Positions 1-11,066 of a stretch of 64,000 bases of DNA are shown piece after piece. The DNA is from Methanobacteriota archaeon. GTDB lineage: Archaea; Halobacteriota; Bog-38; Methanoflorentales; Methanoflorentaceae. The notes under the pieces were generated by a model. The model was not told where the DNA came from, made no database searches, and was given only the letters and a program-made list of their open reading frames with translations. Both the position numbers and the translations under genes were made by a program. The DNA is taken from contig OY970393.1 in NCBI GenBank assembly GCA_963720465.1, positions 2,249,765 to 2,313,764 on the forward strand. Reading direction: 5' to 3'. Numbering within the stretch: the stretch's first letter is position 1; every line of letters begins with the position of its first letter.

Positions 1-10
1 AGAATCATTC

Positions 11-616
11 CTACAGGAAAATGAATAAGATGATGTAAACAGCGGCCACAAAAGGCACGATCGCTATCGCCACGTATTGCAGGACGCCCCAGTTCAGTAT
101 TTTCCTTCCATCGAGGGGCCCTATCGGGAGCAGGTTGAAGGCGGATAGCCATATGTTGATTACAAAGCCGTATACTCCAACGTAGCTAAGCAAGCCCCCT
201 AGGGGCGCCAGCAGGTACAGGAGTAGGTACAGCCCGCCTAACGCCAGATTAAGAAGCGGCCCGGCGGCTGATATGATCCCATTCTGCCGCTTGGTGATAT
301 TTGGACCGTAAATCATGGTCGCTCCAGGAGCTGCGAACACGATGTGGACCACATAGGCAAACAGTATAGAAAGCCCTAGGGTGACATAGTTCGCTCTGAA
401 TTCAGACCAGAATCCAAAACGCTGGGCCGTGAACTTGTGCAAGAGCTCGTGCAAGACAAAACTTGAGCCTACGACCAGAAGCGGCAGCACGAGCGTGAGC
501 TCAAATGATGCGTTCGGCAAAACTGCGCCAAATACAAGATAGAAGGCGAATGAAACGCCCAACCACGCTACGAAGAGATCAACGAGTTCTTTGCGGCTTG
601 TTGAATGCTGCATCAT
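11..616 (-). CDS. M50-family membrane metalloprotease
   Basis: HELLH zinc motif, AAGP and NLLPIGPLDG motifs; hydrophobic helices. Confidence 0.9.
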   Translation of the reverse strand: MMQHSTSRKELVDLFVAWLGVSFAFYLVFGAVLPNASFELTLVLPLLVVGSSFVLHELLHKFTAQRFGFWSEFRANYVTLGLSILFAYVVHIVFAAPGATMIYGPNITKRQNGIISAAGPLLNLALGGLYLLLYLLAPLGGLLSYVGVYGFVINIWLSAFNLLPIGPLDGRKILNWGVLQYVAIAIVPFVAAVYIILFIFL

Positions 617-634
617 GTGCCCTAAGCAAACCCC

Positions 635-1366
635 CTATAACGTGCGAGAGCGCAGCGTCACGCGTCTTTTTGGGACAACGTTAAGCTCTTCAAGCGGCGG
701 AATAAGCTCCGGATGATCAAGATAGCGCTTAATCCCCTCTTTGTGGCCGGCGCCGACGACAGCGACGATTTTTCCGCGTAGCGTTAGTAAATTTCCCGCT
801 AGATACGCGTCCCGTTCGTCAACAAGCACGCGTGCAGCGTTTGGCGAGAACTGCCGCAATTCACTGACCAGCTGTGAAATAGTGTCATCGTTTGTGATGT
901 CTTCGAGGTCGATTTCCTCGTCGCTCGTGGTAATCCCGAGAAGCGCGACAAGCATCTTTAGCTTCTCAATGGGACGCATCGTTGCCCAGAATCGAGCCAT
1001 GGTCACATTGATATCTCGGTCGACGAGTGCTATGCTCGCTCCGACGCTCCCTGCCACTTCGATGGCGGAAAGCATCTCGCTTCCGGGCTTTACTCCGACT
1101 TCTGAGCCGAGCTTATTCTGCACGCGCGCCAGCAGCCAGTGAACTAAGAATTGATACAACCTGCCGCTTGAGAGGATATCTTTGATTGAAGCACTTTGCT
1201 GTTCGGGGTGCGTCAATCCTTGGTACCGACCGATGTCTAGCTCTACCGCCACGACATCAGGTCTTTCGGCTTCGATAGTGCGCCGCACCTCTTTAATGCT
1301 CTCTTCGGAGATGTGTGCAGTTCCGACAACGATGATCTCCGCCGGTTGATCGTGGTTCTCGTGCAT
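635..1366 (-). CDS. TraB/GumN family protein (short form without C-terminal membrane domain)
   Basis: VGTAHIS, VAVELD, G.EM, LVDRDI, ERD.YLA and VVGAGH motifs. Confidence 0.9.
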   Translation of the reverse strand: MHENHDQPAEIIVVGTAHISEESIKEVRRTIEAERPDVVAVELDIGRYQGLTHPEQQSASIKDILSSGRLYQFLVHWLLARVQNKLGSEVGVKPGSEMLSAIEVAGSVGASIALVDRDINVTMARFWATMRPIEKLKMLVALLGITTSDEEIDLEDITNDDTISQLVSELRQFSPNAARVLVDERDAYLAGNLLTLRGKIVAVVGAGHKEGIKRYLDHPELIPPLEELNVVPKRRVTLRSRTL

Positions 1367-1371
1367 TGCGC

Positions 1372-2481
1372 CTATGCTTTGATCAAAGTGCCGTCAGGGC
1401 CGACGATCTGTTCTCGCGCCTCCCCCAGAAGGGTCATCGCGCTCGTGACGTCTTTCTGTGTGACGATCCCGACCACACTGCCCCCCCGAACAACTGGAAT
1501 CGACTCCAGCCGCCGTTGGGCGAGCCTGACGAATACCTCAGAGGCCTCGTCATCGGGCGTTACGGGCTCAACGTTGCGCATCATCACGTTGCCTACCATG
1601 ATGTCATCTCGACGGTTCGGAGGCACCTGATGCACGTTAGTGAACGTAATTAGGCCTACGAGATTACCGCCGTCAACGACCGGATAGGTTGTGTGTTTGC
1701 TTTGAAACATCACCTCAATCAGTTGAGTGATCGTCATCGATGGAGGCACGGTCGCTACGTCAGCCGTCATGATGTCGCGCACCTTAATGCCTGACAGCGT
1801 CTGTGTAATCGTGGTTTGCCGCTCTTCATCAGACGCGGCGATGTAGATGAAAAAAGCTATGATGATCAAAATTGGACTGACGAATAGTCCGACTATACCC
1901 ATCACAATTGCAAAGATCTTGCCGACTTGGACGGCGGTATGCGTCGCCTTTAAGTAGGGCTCCCGACTGGCAAGCCATGCCCGGAACACGCGTCCGCCAT
2001 CCATAGGAAACGCTGGAAGAATATTGAACCCGCCGAGAACAAGGTTGATATACGCAAAGTTCTCCAAAAACAGATTTGGCACGGTTGCGGTCACCGCCAA
2101 GCTCAATGCGAAAAAGATCGCGCCGAGGGCCAGGCTGACCAGTGGCCCGATTAGCGCTGTTCTCAACTCGAGTTTCGGATCTGTCGGGATTTCGATTGCG
2201 GAAACCCCTCCGATGAGGTAAAGCGTTATGCTTTTCACTTCGATTCCGTAGCGCAAGGCCAGAAGAGAGTGCCCTAGTTCGTGGAGCAGCACGAAAACAA
2301 AGATCATAATGCCCGCTATTGTCCCGTAAACGTAGTCGTAGGGATAGGGAACGGTTGCAAACCCTATAGGCGGGGGGGAGATGGCAAACGCGAAGGCGAA
2401 GAGGGGAATAATCAAAATGAGCGTAATATTGACTAGAATCGGGATTCCGCGAACGGTAGCGATTCGAAAAGACCAGGCCAT
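1372..2481 (-). CDS. Site-2 protease (M50) with CBS pair
   Basis: HELGH and NILPAFPMDGGR motifs; C-terminal CBS domains (VRDIMT..., VGNVMM...). Confidence 0.92.
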   Translation of the reverse strand: MAWSFRIATVRGIPILVNITLILIIPLFAFAFAISPPPIGFATVPYPYDYVYGTIAGIMIFVFVLLHELGHSLLALRYGIEVKSITLYLIGGVSAIEIPTDPKLELRTALIGPLVSLALGAIFFALSLAVTATVPNLFLENFAYINLVLGGFNILPAFPMDGGRVFRAWLASREPYLKATHTAVQVGKIFAIVMGIVGLFVSPILIIIAFFIYIAASDEERQTTITQTLSGIKVRDIMTADVATVPPSMTITQLIEVMFQSKHTTYPVVDGGNLVGLITFTNVHQVPPNRRDDIMVGNVMMRNVEPVTPDDEASEVFVRLAQRRLESIPVVRGGSVVGIVTQKDVTSAMTLLGEAREQIVGPDGTLIKA

Positions 2482-2577
2482 ATAATCCTGATCAAGCCTT
2501 TATTTGGCAAACTATATATTACTTTAGTCGATAGTGTATGGCGGAGTTTGTGCACGAAATCCAAAAGGGAGGTTGAA

Positions 2578-2847
2578 ATGCGAATCGAGCTGACACAAAT
2601 CATGGACCTCAACGTGTATACTGATCGGGGGGATTACATAGGGAAAGTTGAGGATATCAAGATCGACACGAACGATAAGAGGGTAACGGGCCTCGTTATA
2701 GGCGACATTAACCATAATATCTTCGATATAAAGTACCGATTCGTAGTGATACCCTACCGGTTTGCCAAATCGATAGCAGACATAATTCTCGTCAGTAGCG
2801 TCGTGAAAACGCTCATCGGCCGAGCTAAGCCAAAAGAAGAAGCTTAA
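2578..2847 (+). CDS. PRC-barrel domain protein
   Basis: VYTDRGDYIGKVEDIKID...IADIILV; GGAGGT Shine-Dalgarno sequence before ATG 2578. Confidence 0.85.
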   Translation: MRIELTQIMDLNVYTDRGDYIGKVEDIKIDTNDKRVTGLVIGDINHNIFDIKYRFVVIPYRFAKSIADIILVSSVVKTLIGRAKPKEEA

Positions 2848-3587
2848 TGAAAGAGCGCGAGATCTACGCAGGCTTGCGCACAGTCGTCCCTTTTTTCGTG
2901 CGTGTTGACGGACGCAATTTCCGGCACGCGCTTTCGCTGCTCAAGTGCGAACAACCGTACGATCTCGCCTTTGCAGAGTCCATGGGCGCCGCATCGGAAG
3001 CGCTCATGCGACGTAGTGGACTGTCCGTGCAACTCGTTTTCGCATTCTCTGACGAAGCAAACGCCCTCTTTTTGGAAGCTCCATTTGACGGCAGGGTCGA
3101 GAAGCTTGACTCCGTCGTCGCCAGCTTCTTCGCCAGCGCTCTGACACTTAACCTCTCGTCAGACGTCCCTTTAGCGTTTGATGCGCGCGTCATTCCGGTG
3201 AGCACAATGGATATCCCGATCTACCTCGAATCGAGGCAAAATGAAGCGTGGCGAAATCACGTGCACGCGTACGGCTACTATTACTTGCGACAAAGTGGTC
3301 AAACAGGACGAGAAGCTCACGCAGCATTGCTTGGGATGAGCTCGAGCGAGATGCACGAGCTCATGTTCAGCCACGGGGTCAATCTGGCGAAGACCCCTGC
3401 GTGGCAGAGGAGGGGGATACTCGTCCATAAGCAAGGCTATGAGAAGAAGGGCTTTGATCCGATGTCCGCTCGCCCGATCACTACACGCCGATCAAAAGTT
3501 GTGCAAAACTGGGACCTTCCCATTTTTAAATCGCCTCAGGGGCGCGAGATGCTCCTCGGGCTCATAGGCTCTACCATAAATAAATAG
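2847..3587 (+). CDS. thg1: tRNA(His) guanylyltransferase Thg1 family
   Basis: VRVDGRNF, FSDEAN, FDGRVEKLDS, FDAR, RQ.EAWRN and PAWQRRG motifs. Confidence 0.93.
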   Translation: MKEREIYAGLRTVVPFFVRVDGRNFRHALSLLKCEQPYDLAFAESMGAASEALMRRSGLSVQLVFAFSDEANALFLEAPFDGRVEKLDSVVASFFASALTLNLSSDVPLAFDARVIPVSTMDIPIYLESRQNEAWRNHVHAYGYYYLRQSGQTGREAHAALLGMSSSEMHELMFSHGVNLAKTPAWQRRGILVHKQGYEKKGFDPMSARPITTRRSKVVQNWDLPIFKSPQGREMLLGLIGSTINK

Positions 3588-3716
3588 CAAGAATTATATA
3601 TTAATATCCAGCGAAAATGGCTTTTTAGCATCACATTCAAAGCGATAAACGTGCCTGTTAAACAGCGGGAAGAAATCGGTAACAGCGCGAGTACGGGGTA
3701 AGGAAGGGAACGCGTC

Positions 3717-5156
3717 GTGGCTTTAGGTCTTTTAGGAGCGAAACCGAAGGTAGCAAAGAACGAACAGGTGTCCCTGCTTGACATCAAGAAGGGGCCGTAC
3801 TACGTTGTGGCGTCGGTAGAAGTGGGAAACACGACAACGAAGTGCATTCTTACCGCGACGAACATGCTTGAGGGCAAGGCCTACGTCGTCAACAAGGTCG
3901 TCAACATGACGCGCGACGTGCGCGACCCAAAACCAGGCGAAGAAATCTTTGGCAGGACCCTGACCTACAAGCCGCTTACACGAAACAGCATTGCTGAAAT
4001 GGTGAAGCGTACTCTCATTCAGTCAGTTCGAAACGCAAATCTCGACCTTGCCGATGACCTCCACTTTGTCGTGCGCTCCACGGGCGTGGTCGCTGGCTTT
4101 GATCAGCCCGAGGATATAGGTGAGTTCATAAAGGCACTTGCAGATGGCTGCTTAATGGCGGGAGTTACGGCTCGGAAAATGACGCCTGCGATGAGCATTC
4201 ATCAACTTCCAAAGAAGTTTCGCGAATACAGTCTTCTCGACAAAGTCGCTTTTGATGGTTCGGTAAGCGGCGTGCTCCCTCCGATTGGCTCAACAGGTGT
4301 TGAAGTTGTCGCAAATGAAATGGAGGGCGAGCTGGCGACGGCAGGAATCAAGGAAGGCGCGAAATGGGCAAACGTCGATTTCAGAAATCCGTGCCTTTCT
4401 ATGGATTTCGGGACGACCTTCAAAGGGCGCATCACCAACGACGTTCTCCCCTATGCAAACACGATCGCGAACTTCTGTGGGATCTCAGGGGAAATCGTCG
4501 ATTCCGTCGGCCGCGGCACCGGGCTGGTAGACGAAACGAGTGGCACAACATTTGACCTGCCAAAGCCGAGCCGGCTGAGGGTCAGCGTTGCGAGAGAACG
4601 GGACGTTAGAGCTCTAGCAAACGAGATCCACGAACATATTCGAATCGAGGAAGTCCCAAAAACGTCCAAGCGCTTTGGCAGCGTTCCAGTGAATCCTCAC
4701 GCAGCGGCGCAAATCGGGTTGACCCTCATCGGCGTCGATTCCGGTGAGAATGGCAGTGATCTTCACCGTATTTCGAAAGTCGGTGGCGAAATCTACGAAG
4801 ATTATGGGCTCGGAATGCTATACAGCGTCATTGACTGGGTATCGACGGGCATAGCCGAACGGACCATCAATACAGCATTTACCAAAGGTCTGATCAACGA
4901 CAAGGTGAGCATCGGGATAACCGGGCGCGCAGGCATAACCGGAAACAAGCCAAATCATATCTTAAAAGTTATCAGAGAGATGGGCCTCTACGGCAAGCCC
5001 GAAGAGTATGTCGTGTTTGTGGACGATGGGCTGGCGCGGGGAGCGGCTATCATGGCACGATGTATGAATTCGCTTGGCACGCCCAAGAATCCGTTTGGGG
5101 GGCTTAGAGGTGGGAAGTGCATATTGGGCCAGCGAATGAGGCTGCAGACCTACTGA
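3717..5156 (+). CDS. Methanogenesis marker protein 14
   Basis: VASVEVGNTTTKCILTATN, FVVRSTGV, NEMEGEL, DFRNPC and DDGLARGAAIMARCMNSLG motifs. Confidence 0.9.
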   Translation: MALGLLGAKPKVAKNEQVSLLDIKKGPYYVVASVEVGNTTTKCILTATNMLEGKAYVVNKVVNMTRDVRDPKPGEEIFGRTLTYKPLTRNSIAEMVKRTLIQSVRNANLDLADDLHFVVRSTGVVAGFDQPEDIGEFIKALADGCLMAGVTARKMTPAMSIHQLPKKFREYSLLDKVAFDGSVSGVLPPIGSTGVEVVANEMEGELATAGIKEGAKWANVDFRNPCLSMDFGTTFKGRITNDVLPYANTIANFCGISGEIVDSVGRGTGLVDETSGTTFDLPKPSRLRVSVARERDVRALANEIHEHIRIEEVPKTSKRFGSVPVNPHAAAQIGLTLIGVDSGENGSDLHRISKVGGEIYEDYGLGMLYSVIDWVSTGIAERTINTAFTKGLINDKVSIGITGRAGITGNKPNHILKVIREMGLYGKPEEYVVFVDDGLARGAAIMARCMNSLGTPKNPFGGLRGGKCILGQRMRLQTY

Positions 5157-5489
5157 AAGGTCGTCGTGCTGCGGTTTTTTTTGGCGGAGATTGCGACGCT
5201 CGTATCATCTTTGCGAGAGCTCTGAGCGGTTTTTGTAACTGCATCGTCTTGGAAATCAGCTAGAATGTTGAAAGCTGTGCGTGGAAAAAGGATTCTAAAA
5301 TAGCCCGCAGCACAGCGTGACACGGGCGCCGGCCCCGTAAAAAAAGCGGAAGGATTATTAAACAAGAGCCACACAAAAAAATATAACTATAATTATAAAG
5401 ATATTGTTTGCATCGACATGCTGACATAACTGTGCCATTCGGACTGAAAACAATTTATAGTCCGCTCGCGGAAAAAAACAACGATCGCA

Positions 5490-6701
5490 ATGTTGAAAAG
5501 ACACGGACCGACAGAGAGAAAATTACTCATTGGTCTTTCGGTGGCGCTTATAATTTTGATGTGCTGCTCCGCAACGGGCGTTGCGGCGGCGCAGCCATCA
5601 GCGTCTTCGGCCACAACCACGGCTGCGAGCTCGAAATACCCGCCGTATCCGGTGAACCTTTACGAGTTTTATCTGTCGACCTGCCCGCATTGCCAGGCGC
5701 TCGCGCCGCACATTGCCGCACTGAAAGCCGAATATCCAACATTGCACGTGTATCAGTACGAAACGTCAAATTCTGCGAATTACAGCCTTTTTCAGACGTT
5801 CCAGAGCGCGTACGGAGTGAAGTTTGACACCGTCCCTAGCGTTTTTGTCGGAACGCAGTTTTGGCAATCGGACCTTGACGCGCCGCAGATTGCAGCAGCT
5901 GTTGCGCAAGCCATTCAACACGGAGCGACAGGCAAGGGTGACACAATAACCGGCAACTCTGTGCCAATGCCGAAACCAGGGACCCAGGATTCGACTACCG
6001 CTGGGACATTAGTGAATACGCCGCCTCTGCCACTGCCGCTTTTCATCACGACCGGCATCATAAGCGGCATGAATCCGTGCGTCTTTTCGGTCCTCATATT
6101 TTTGATGGGGACGATCGCTCTCACAGGTTCGCGTGCGCGAGCCCTTGCCATTGGCGTGACTTACATCGCGACGGTGTTCATCGTCTTCTTCCTTTCGGCA
6201 CTTGCTATTGTGCAGTTCGTTCAAGTCATAGGCCTACAGAACTTAGACCTGACTAAGACCGTGATTGGCATTTTCCTCCTCGTCGTTGGTATCGTATCGA
6301 TCAAGGATTTCTTTTGGTACAACCGCTGGTTCAGTTTTAAGATCCCAACCTTCACGAAACACAGCATCAGCACTCTCGGGAACACCGGGTCTTTTCTTGC
6401 TATTATAGGGCTCGGCATCATCGCGACGATTGCCGCTTTGCCGTGCACGCTCGGTCCGTTTACCTTCTTCTCCACCACCTATTTGACCAGCATGGCCGCG
6501 ATGCAATACAACCTCTACGTTGCCCTCTTCGCATTAGCATTCATCATACCGATGATCATCGTTTTTGTTGCCATATACGCCGTCAAGGTGGGAACGGACA
6601 GGGCAGAAGCATGGAGAATGCAATCAGCGCGCTATATGAGGCTAGTGGCCGGGGTCCTAATGGTCACGTTTGGTCTCCTGCTCGTGCTCAAAGTGTTCTA
6701 A
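5490..6701 (+). CDS. Exported thioredoxin-like (CPHC) domain fused to CcdA/DsbD-type membrane domain
   Basis: Signal peptide, CPHC motif, then membrane domain with NPC and LPC cysteines. Confidence 0.8.
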   Translation: MLKRHGPTERKLLIGLSVALIILMCCSATGVAAAQPSASSATTTAASSKYPPYPVNLYEFYLSTCPHCQALAPHIAALKAEYPTLHVYQYETSNSANYSLFQTFQSAYGVKFDTVPSVFVGTQFWQSDLDAPQIAAAVAQAIQHGATGKGDTITGNSVPMPKPGTQDSTTAGTLVNTPPLPLPLFITTGIISGMNPCVFSVLIFLMGTIALTGSRARALAIGVTYIATVFIVFFLSALAIVQFVQVIGLQNLDLTKTVIGIFLLVVGIVSIKDFFWYNRWFSFKIPTFTKHSISTLGNTGSFLAIIGLGIIATIAALPCTLGPFTFFSTTYLTSMAAMQYNLYVALFALAFIIPMIIVFVAIYAVKVGTDRAEAWRMQSARYMRLVAGVLMVTFGLLLVLKVF

Positions 6702-6891
6702 GGCAGGCTAGTCTTTCGGTAGCGCAGCCTCGCGAGGCGCTTCTCAAGCCGTCCTGCTGACAGCTGCGTGGTTTTTTTAGCATAGTCGAGTTAAGCCGGA
6801 CTATTGCGCGCGGCGACTATAGTTATGTTAAAGGCCGTGAGCAAACTCACGTCGACAAGGAAACGACAAGACCAAGTATCTTGTCTGCTTT

Positions 6892-7470
6892 ATGGCATCA
6901 CGTCGTGATTCGATGCATCACACATATCGAGACGAAGCCGAAAGGCGAACGTGGCAGAACCCTGAAATGATTCTTGCGGAAGTTGGGGTCACGGTCGGCG
7001 ATGTGTTTATAGATTTGGCCTGCGGTTTTGGGTTTTTTGCGATTCCCGCAGCAAAAATAGTTGGCCCGAAAGGTGTCGTTTGCGGCGTTGACATTGACAA
7101 AGAAGCTTTGGAAGAACTACGTGAAAAAGCTGCGCTTGTCGGCCTGCGAAATCTGCGGCTAACACTCGCCGCGGCAGAAGATGTCGTTCTGTGCGAGCAG
7201 TGCGCTGATAAAGTGTTCGTTGGGATAGCGCTTCACGATTTCAAAGATCCGCTCAAGGTTTTGCAGAACGTGAAGAGGGCCCTCAAAACGGGCGGCAGAT
7301 TGGTAAATCTAGATTGGAAGAAAGAGCAAACGCCTTTCGGCCCTCCTCTCGAAATACGGTTCAGTGAGAGCGAAGCCGTTTCTCTCATCGAAAGAGCAGG
7401 ATTTAAAGTCGTCTCAGTAAAAGATTCAGGGCCCTATCACTACATGATTTCAGCGAATTTGCTTCAGTAG
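6892..7470 (+). CDS. Class I SAM-dependent methyltransferase
   Basis: DLACGFG, GVDID and ALHD...LKTGGRL motifs. Confidence 0.88.
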   Translation: MASRRDSMHHTYRDEAERRTWQNPEMILAEVGVTVGDVFIDLACGFGFFAIPAAKIVGPKGVVCGVDIDKEALEELREKAALVGLRNLRLTLAAAEDVVLCEQCADKVFVGIALHDFKDPLKVLQNVKRALKTGGRLVNLDWKKEQTPFGPPLEIRFSESEAVSLIERAGFKVVSVKDSGPYHYMISANLLQ

Positions 7471-7589
7471 ACTCGTGCTAGGCTCAAAACAGGCAGGAAC
7501 ACTTACTTTCTTCGCCAATTTTGATAATGTTATATCCTCTCGAACCCATTTATTAAGAAGAACGTCTAGATCAGCAAAGGAGTCTGGTT

Positions 7590-7817
7590 TTGCCGACTTA
7601 TCCAGTCTCTATGTGTTTGGTCTGCAAGCATTATCGAAAAGCGCAGCGATGTGAAGTTTTTCCGGCACGAATACCTCAGGCCATTCTTACTGGCAGATTT
7701 GATCACAGAAAACGACACGACGGAGACCGTGGAATTAGATTTCAGCCAAGAGATGATGTCAGCCAAGTAGAGTTAGAAAGCATTTTAAGCATATTCGACA
7801 AAAAAACCGCTTTTTGA
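7590..7817 (+). CDS. Small Cys/His protein of a type often seen in mobile or phage contexts
   Basis: CxxCxH...C..FP..IP..I..G..DH...DGDRGIRF pattern. Confidence 0.55.
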   Translation: MPTYPVSMCLVCKHYRKAQRCEVFPARIPQAILTGRFDHRKRHDGDRGIRFQPRDDVSQVELESILSIFDKKTAF

Positions 7818-8536
7818 GCGCGGTTTTAACTTTAAATCTGCAAGTGACGCCAGTGCGCGTGTAACAGTTTAGAGTTCTGCGAAATTGCCTAAACTCTCAC
7901 TTTTGCCTGATTCAGGCGTGAAAATTGCCTAATTGTTCCGAGAAAAACGAGGGTCTTAGAAAATAGTTGCTATGCTTACCAAGCAAGGTTGAAGTTGAAG
8001 TGCTTAATTTTGTTACATGTATTCTTAATTAAAGTGGTTGCTAAAGTATTAATGCTATAATATAGATTCTTATATTATTACAATTTATATATTACTTATA
8101 TTAATAATCTGAGAATACCATTTATTCGGATTTTTACAAAAATTCGTAATATAATATTCAACTCTCATTTTAGCTAAAAAGTCCAAATTCGCGGTTATTA
8201 AGGTATCTTTTTTCCAATATAACTCAAAAAATATAGAAATCGTACGGTCTTGACCAAATAACTATGATTTTTTGGCTCTGCGCTATTTGCTGACGTCATA
8301 TGAGAACGGAAATCGTAGTGATTAGTAGAAGAGGTCCTGAGGAAGATATCTCCAATTAGATCTGCATTCTAACACTTAGTTAATCCGTGGTGTTAACAAT
8401 ATGATACCAAAAATAGTCGTGAGAAATTCAATGATATCAAAAACCAAAAAATTAGTTAATAGATGAGAGTAATTCTTTGTACCAGGGGTTTTTAGGCCAC
8501 TAGCTCTCACTTTTATAAAAATAGCTGGAAAAAAAC

Positions 8537-9063
8537 TTAAAATGAAACCTTTCCATACGCTTCCCTCAAATCATCGTCTTTGAATTGAAGGTAGACCTGC
8601 GTTATGCTAAGGCTGGAATGCCCTAATAGCAGCTGTAAACCCGTAGATCCATTCCTGACCGTACTAAATGTATAGTAAAACTATGGCGAAGCGTGGGCGG
8701 ATGGATCTGAACACCTATCATATTCCCGTATCTCTTGCTTAAGTTGGAAACTTGTGCTCGACTGATAGGGAAAATAGGTTGATCCTCAGGGGTATTTAGT
8801 GCTAAGACATAATCGAAGAGCATTTTGAGAGTTTCTTGGTCAAGAACTACCCTCCGCTGCCGCCCTCCCTTGGCTTTTCGTGTGTTCACTACGTTATTCT
8901 TGAATTCGATATCGTTCGGTGTGACATTGATGACTTCGCTCACTCGTACTCCGGTTCGCCACATGAACCGCACCAGCATAGTCCCGTTGACTGCACGTTT
9001 TGGCAGCATGCAGCATCTCATCGACCTGCTCTTTTTCAAGATAGTTGGGAATTTTGGTCACAT
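8537..9063 (-). pseudogene. Frameshifted paralog of the adjacent Xer-like recombinase
   Basis: RFMWRTGVRVSEV and KGGRQR conserved; catalytic HPHTLRH degraded to HPPTLRH; frameshifts near both ends. Confidence 0.85.
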
Positions 9064-9228
9064 TTGACAAAGATATGTTTTGTTTAACCGCAAAAGCGAT
9101 TCTTAGCCTGATTTGCCGTTTTTTCGATAAATTATAAAAAAAAGAAGAATTGATTTTAGCGTTATTTATAACACTGTTATAGGTGCTATAACTCTCACTT
9201 TTATAAAAAAAGCATTAAGAAAAAATGT

Positions 9229-9765
9229 TTAAAAAGCTACTTTTTCGTACGCTTCTCGTAGGTCATTATCGTTGAATTGAAGGTAAACCTGCGTAATGCT
9301 GAGGCTTGTATGCCCTAGCATGAGCTGTACACGCCTTAAATCTGTCCCGCCACGAACCATATTAATAGCAAAACTGTGTCGCAGAGTATGTGGATGTATA
9401 TTAACCCCTGCCATATTTCCGTATTTTTTGACGATGCTAAATACTCGATTTCTTTGAATAGGAAAAACAGGTTGATCCTCTAGGATATTTAGTGCTAAAA
9501 CATAGTCCGAAAGCATTTTGAGGGTATCTTGATCAAGCGGGACTCTCCGCTGCCGCCCTCCCTTAGCCTTTCTGATGTTAACAACACCGTTCTTATATTC
9601 AATATCCTTCGGGGTAACGTTTATGACCTCACTTACCCGTACGCCGGTACGCCACATAAACCGGAGCAGTAAGTAATCCCGATGATTACAAGTTTTAGCA
9701 GCGTTGAGTATCTCATCGACCTGTTCTTTTTCAAGATAATCGGGTATTTTAGTCACATGATACAA
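9229..9765 (-). CDS. Short (catalytic-domain-only) Xer-family tyrosine recombinase
   Basis: TGVRVSE, KGGRQR, HPHTLRHSFA and LGH...TQVY catalytic residues. Confidence 0.93.
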   Translation of the reverse strand: MYHVTKIPDYLEKEQVDEILNAAKTCNHRDYLLLRFMWRTGVRVSEVINVTPKDIEYKNGVVNIRKAKGGRQRRVPLDQDTLKMLSDYVLALNILEDQPVFPIQRNRVFSIVKKYGNMAGVNIHPHTLRHSFAINMVRGGTDLRRVQLMLGHTSLSITQVYLQFNDNDLREAYEKVAF

Positions 9766-10351
9766 AAGATAGGTTTTGTATCTTAAAGGTTGTCATTTTG
9801 GTCTTCTTTACGATGAGATCCTCCTAGTTTATACAATGAGGACAATTTTGGGCTAACTGAAGCACTTTTCCAATAATTCAGTTTTTATAAAATAGTGAAT
9901 ATTTAATTTGATTGTGATTCCCATGGATTTCGTGAGTTTGTATGTTAAGCCATCTTTCAGGTTAACGAGAATGGGTTGAAACAAAAGTGAGAGTTGAGCC
10001 TGTCTATCTCCAGACAGCTAGGTATTTTCTGACAAGGCATCTTGGGTATTGCCTATCAATATTTGCGTCAGAGATTCGTGGCTCCGGTACCGCCGAAGTT
10101 TTTGGAATGACTAGTAAGACCAGCTCTTGAAAACAACCTGCTGCTGACCTTCGTAACAACGTCAAGTCCGCACAAAGGAATAGGTAGCAAGTGAAAGTGA
10201 GAGTTAAATGGCGGAGCTGATGAAGCCGGAAACCCGAGCACTTCTACAGGTAGATTAGGCGGTAAACGCAAGTGCGGGTGCATAGAAGCAAAAGTGAGAC
10301 TAGAGGTAAGTCCTTCTTGTTCGCCTTTTTGCTGACCGGTCGCGTGCTGCG

Positions 10352-10654
10352 TCAACGCGTCTTGTCGTCTGGTGTATCCAGTGCGCTTAAAATGTAAGGT
10401 CTTGAGGACACCTTGTGGTATTTGGGTCCTCCACCCATCGACAAAATCCCTATGTAGCCTGCCGCCAGTAACTCGTGGAGGGCTTCTTGGACTTCGAGCT
10501 TCGTCCCGTCGACTTTTTTCTGCACCTGCCACGAGCGAAGGCCTTCGCTGCTAGACTCATAGATGCTTCTCAAAACCTTCTTTTGAAGACCGGTCATCAA
10601 AGCCACTTCACCGGGACCGTCGTGCAGCATCGGATTTAGCATAGTGACACGCAC
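10352..10654 (-). CDS. Small winged-helix-like hypothetical protein
   Basis: LQKKVLRSIY...EVQEALHELLAAGYI pattern. Confidence 0.5.
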   Translation of the reverse strand: MRVTMLNPMLHDGPGEVALMTGLQKKVLRSIYESSSEGLRSWQVQKKVDGTKLEVQEALHELLAAGYIGILSMGGGPKYHKVSSRPYILSALDTPDDKTR

Positions 10655-11066
10655 CTTTCGGGATTGACCGTGTTAGTTAATCGCATATAGCTCTCCTTGT
10701 TGGCACCACCGCTGCAGAAAAACAAGAGACTTAGACGCCTAGCCGACCAAAAAGTTTCTGTGCCACGCGCGCCGGCACCCCCTTAGACCGGCTGACAGAC
10801 GTGGTCAAAGGATGCTCGAATGGCGGTTTGTCTGCGTGCAAGAGCATTTATCAACCATCCCGAGGAAATGAAACTGAGCTGAGAACATGTTGTTACACGT
10901 TACCATACCCGACGCAGATACTGGTTGTCCCCGATACAATTCTAACAACATCTTGCTTGGTGTCGATAGACGTAAGAAACGCATGATCTGGCGCAGTTTC
11001 TATGCGATCGTTGCCCCAAATAGCTTGGCGCTCGCGTACGAAGCTTATCGTGCATAGGGTGGTTAG

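Larger units (their letters stand above)
7892..9995. mobile_element. AT-rich island with tandem short tyrosine recombinases, bounded by 14-bp inverted repeats
   Basis: AACTCTCACTTTTG at 7892-7905 and its reverse complement at 9982-9995; internal copies at 8504 and 9190; visibly lower GC than flanks. Confidence 0.55.

Noticed and set aside
7611-7632. CLVCKH as a heme c binding motif
   Set aside because: The spacing is CxxCxH rather than CxxCH, and there is no signal peptide.
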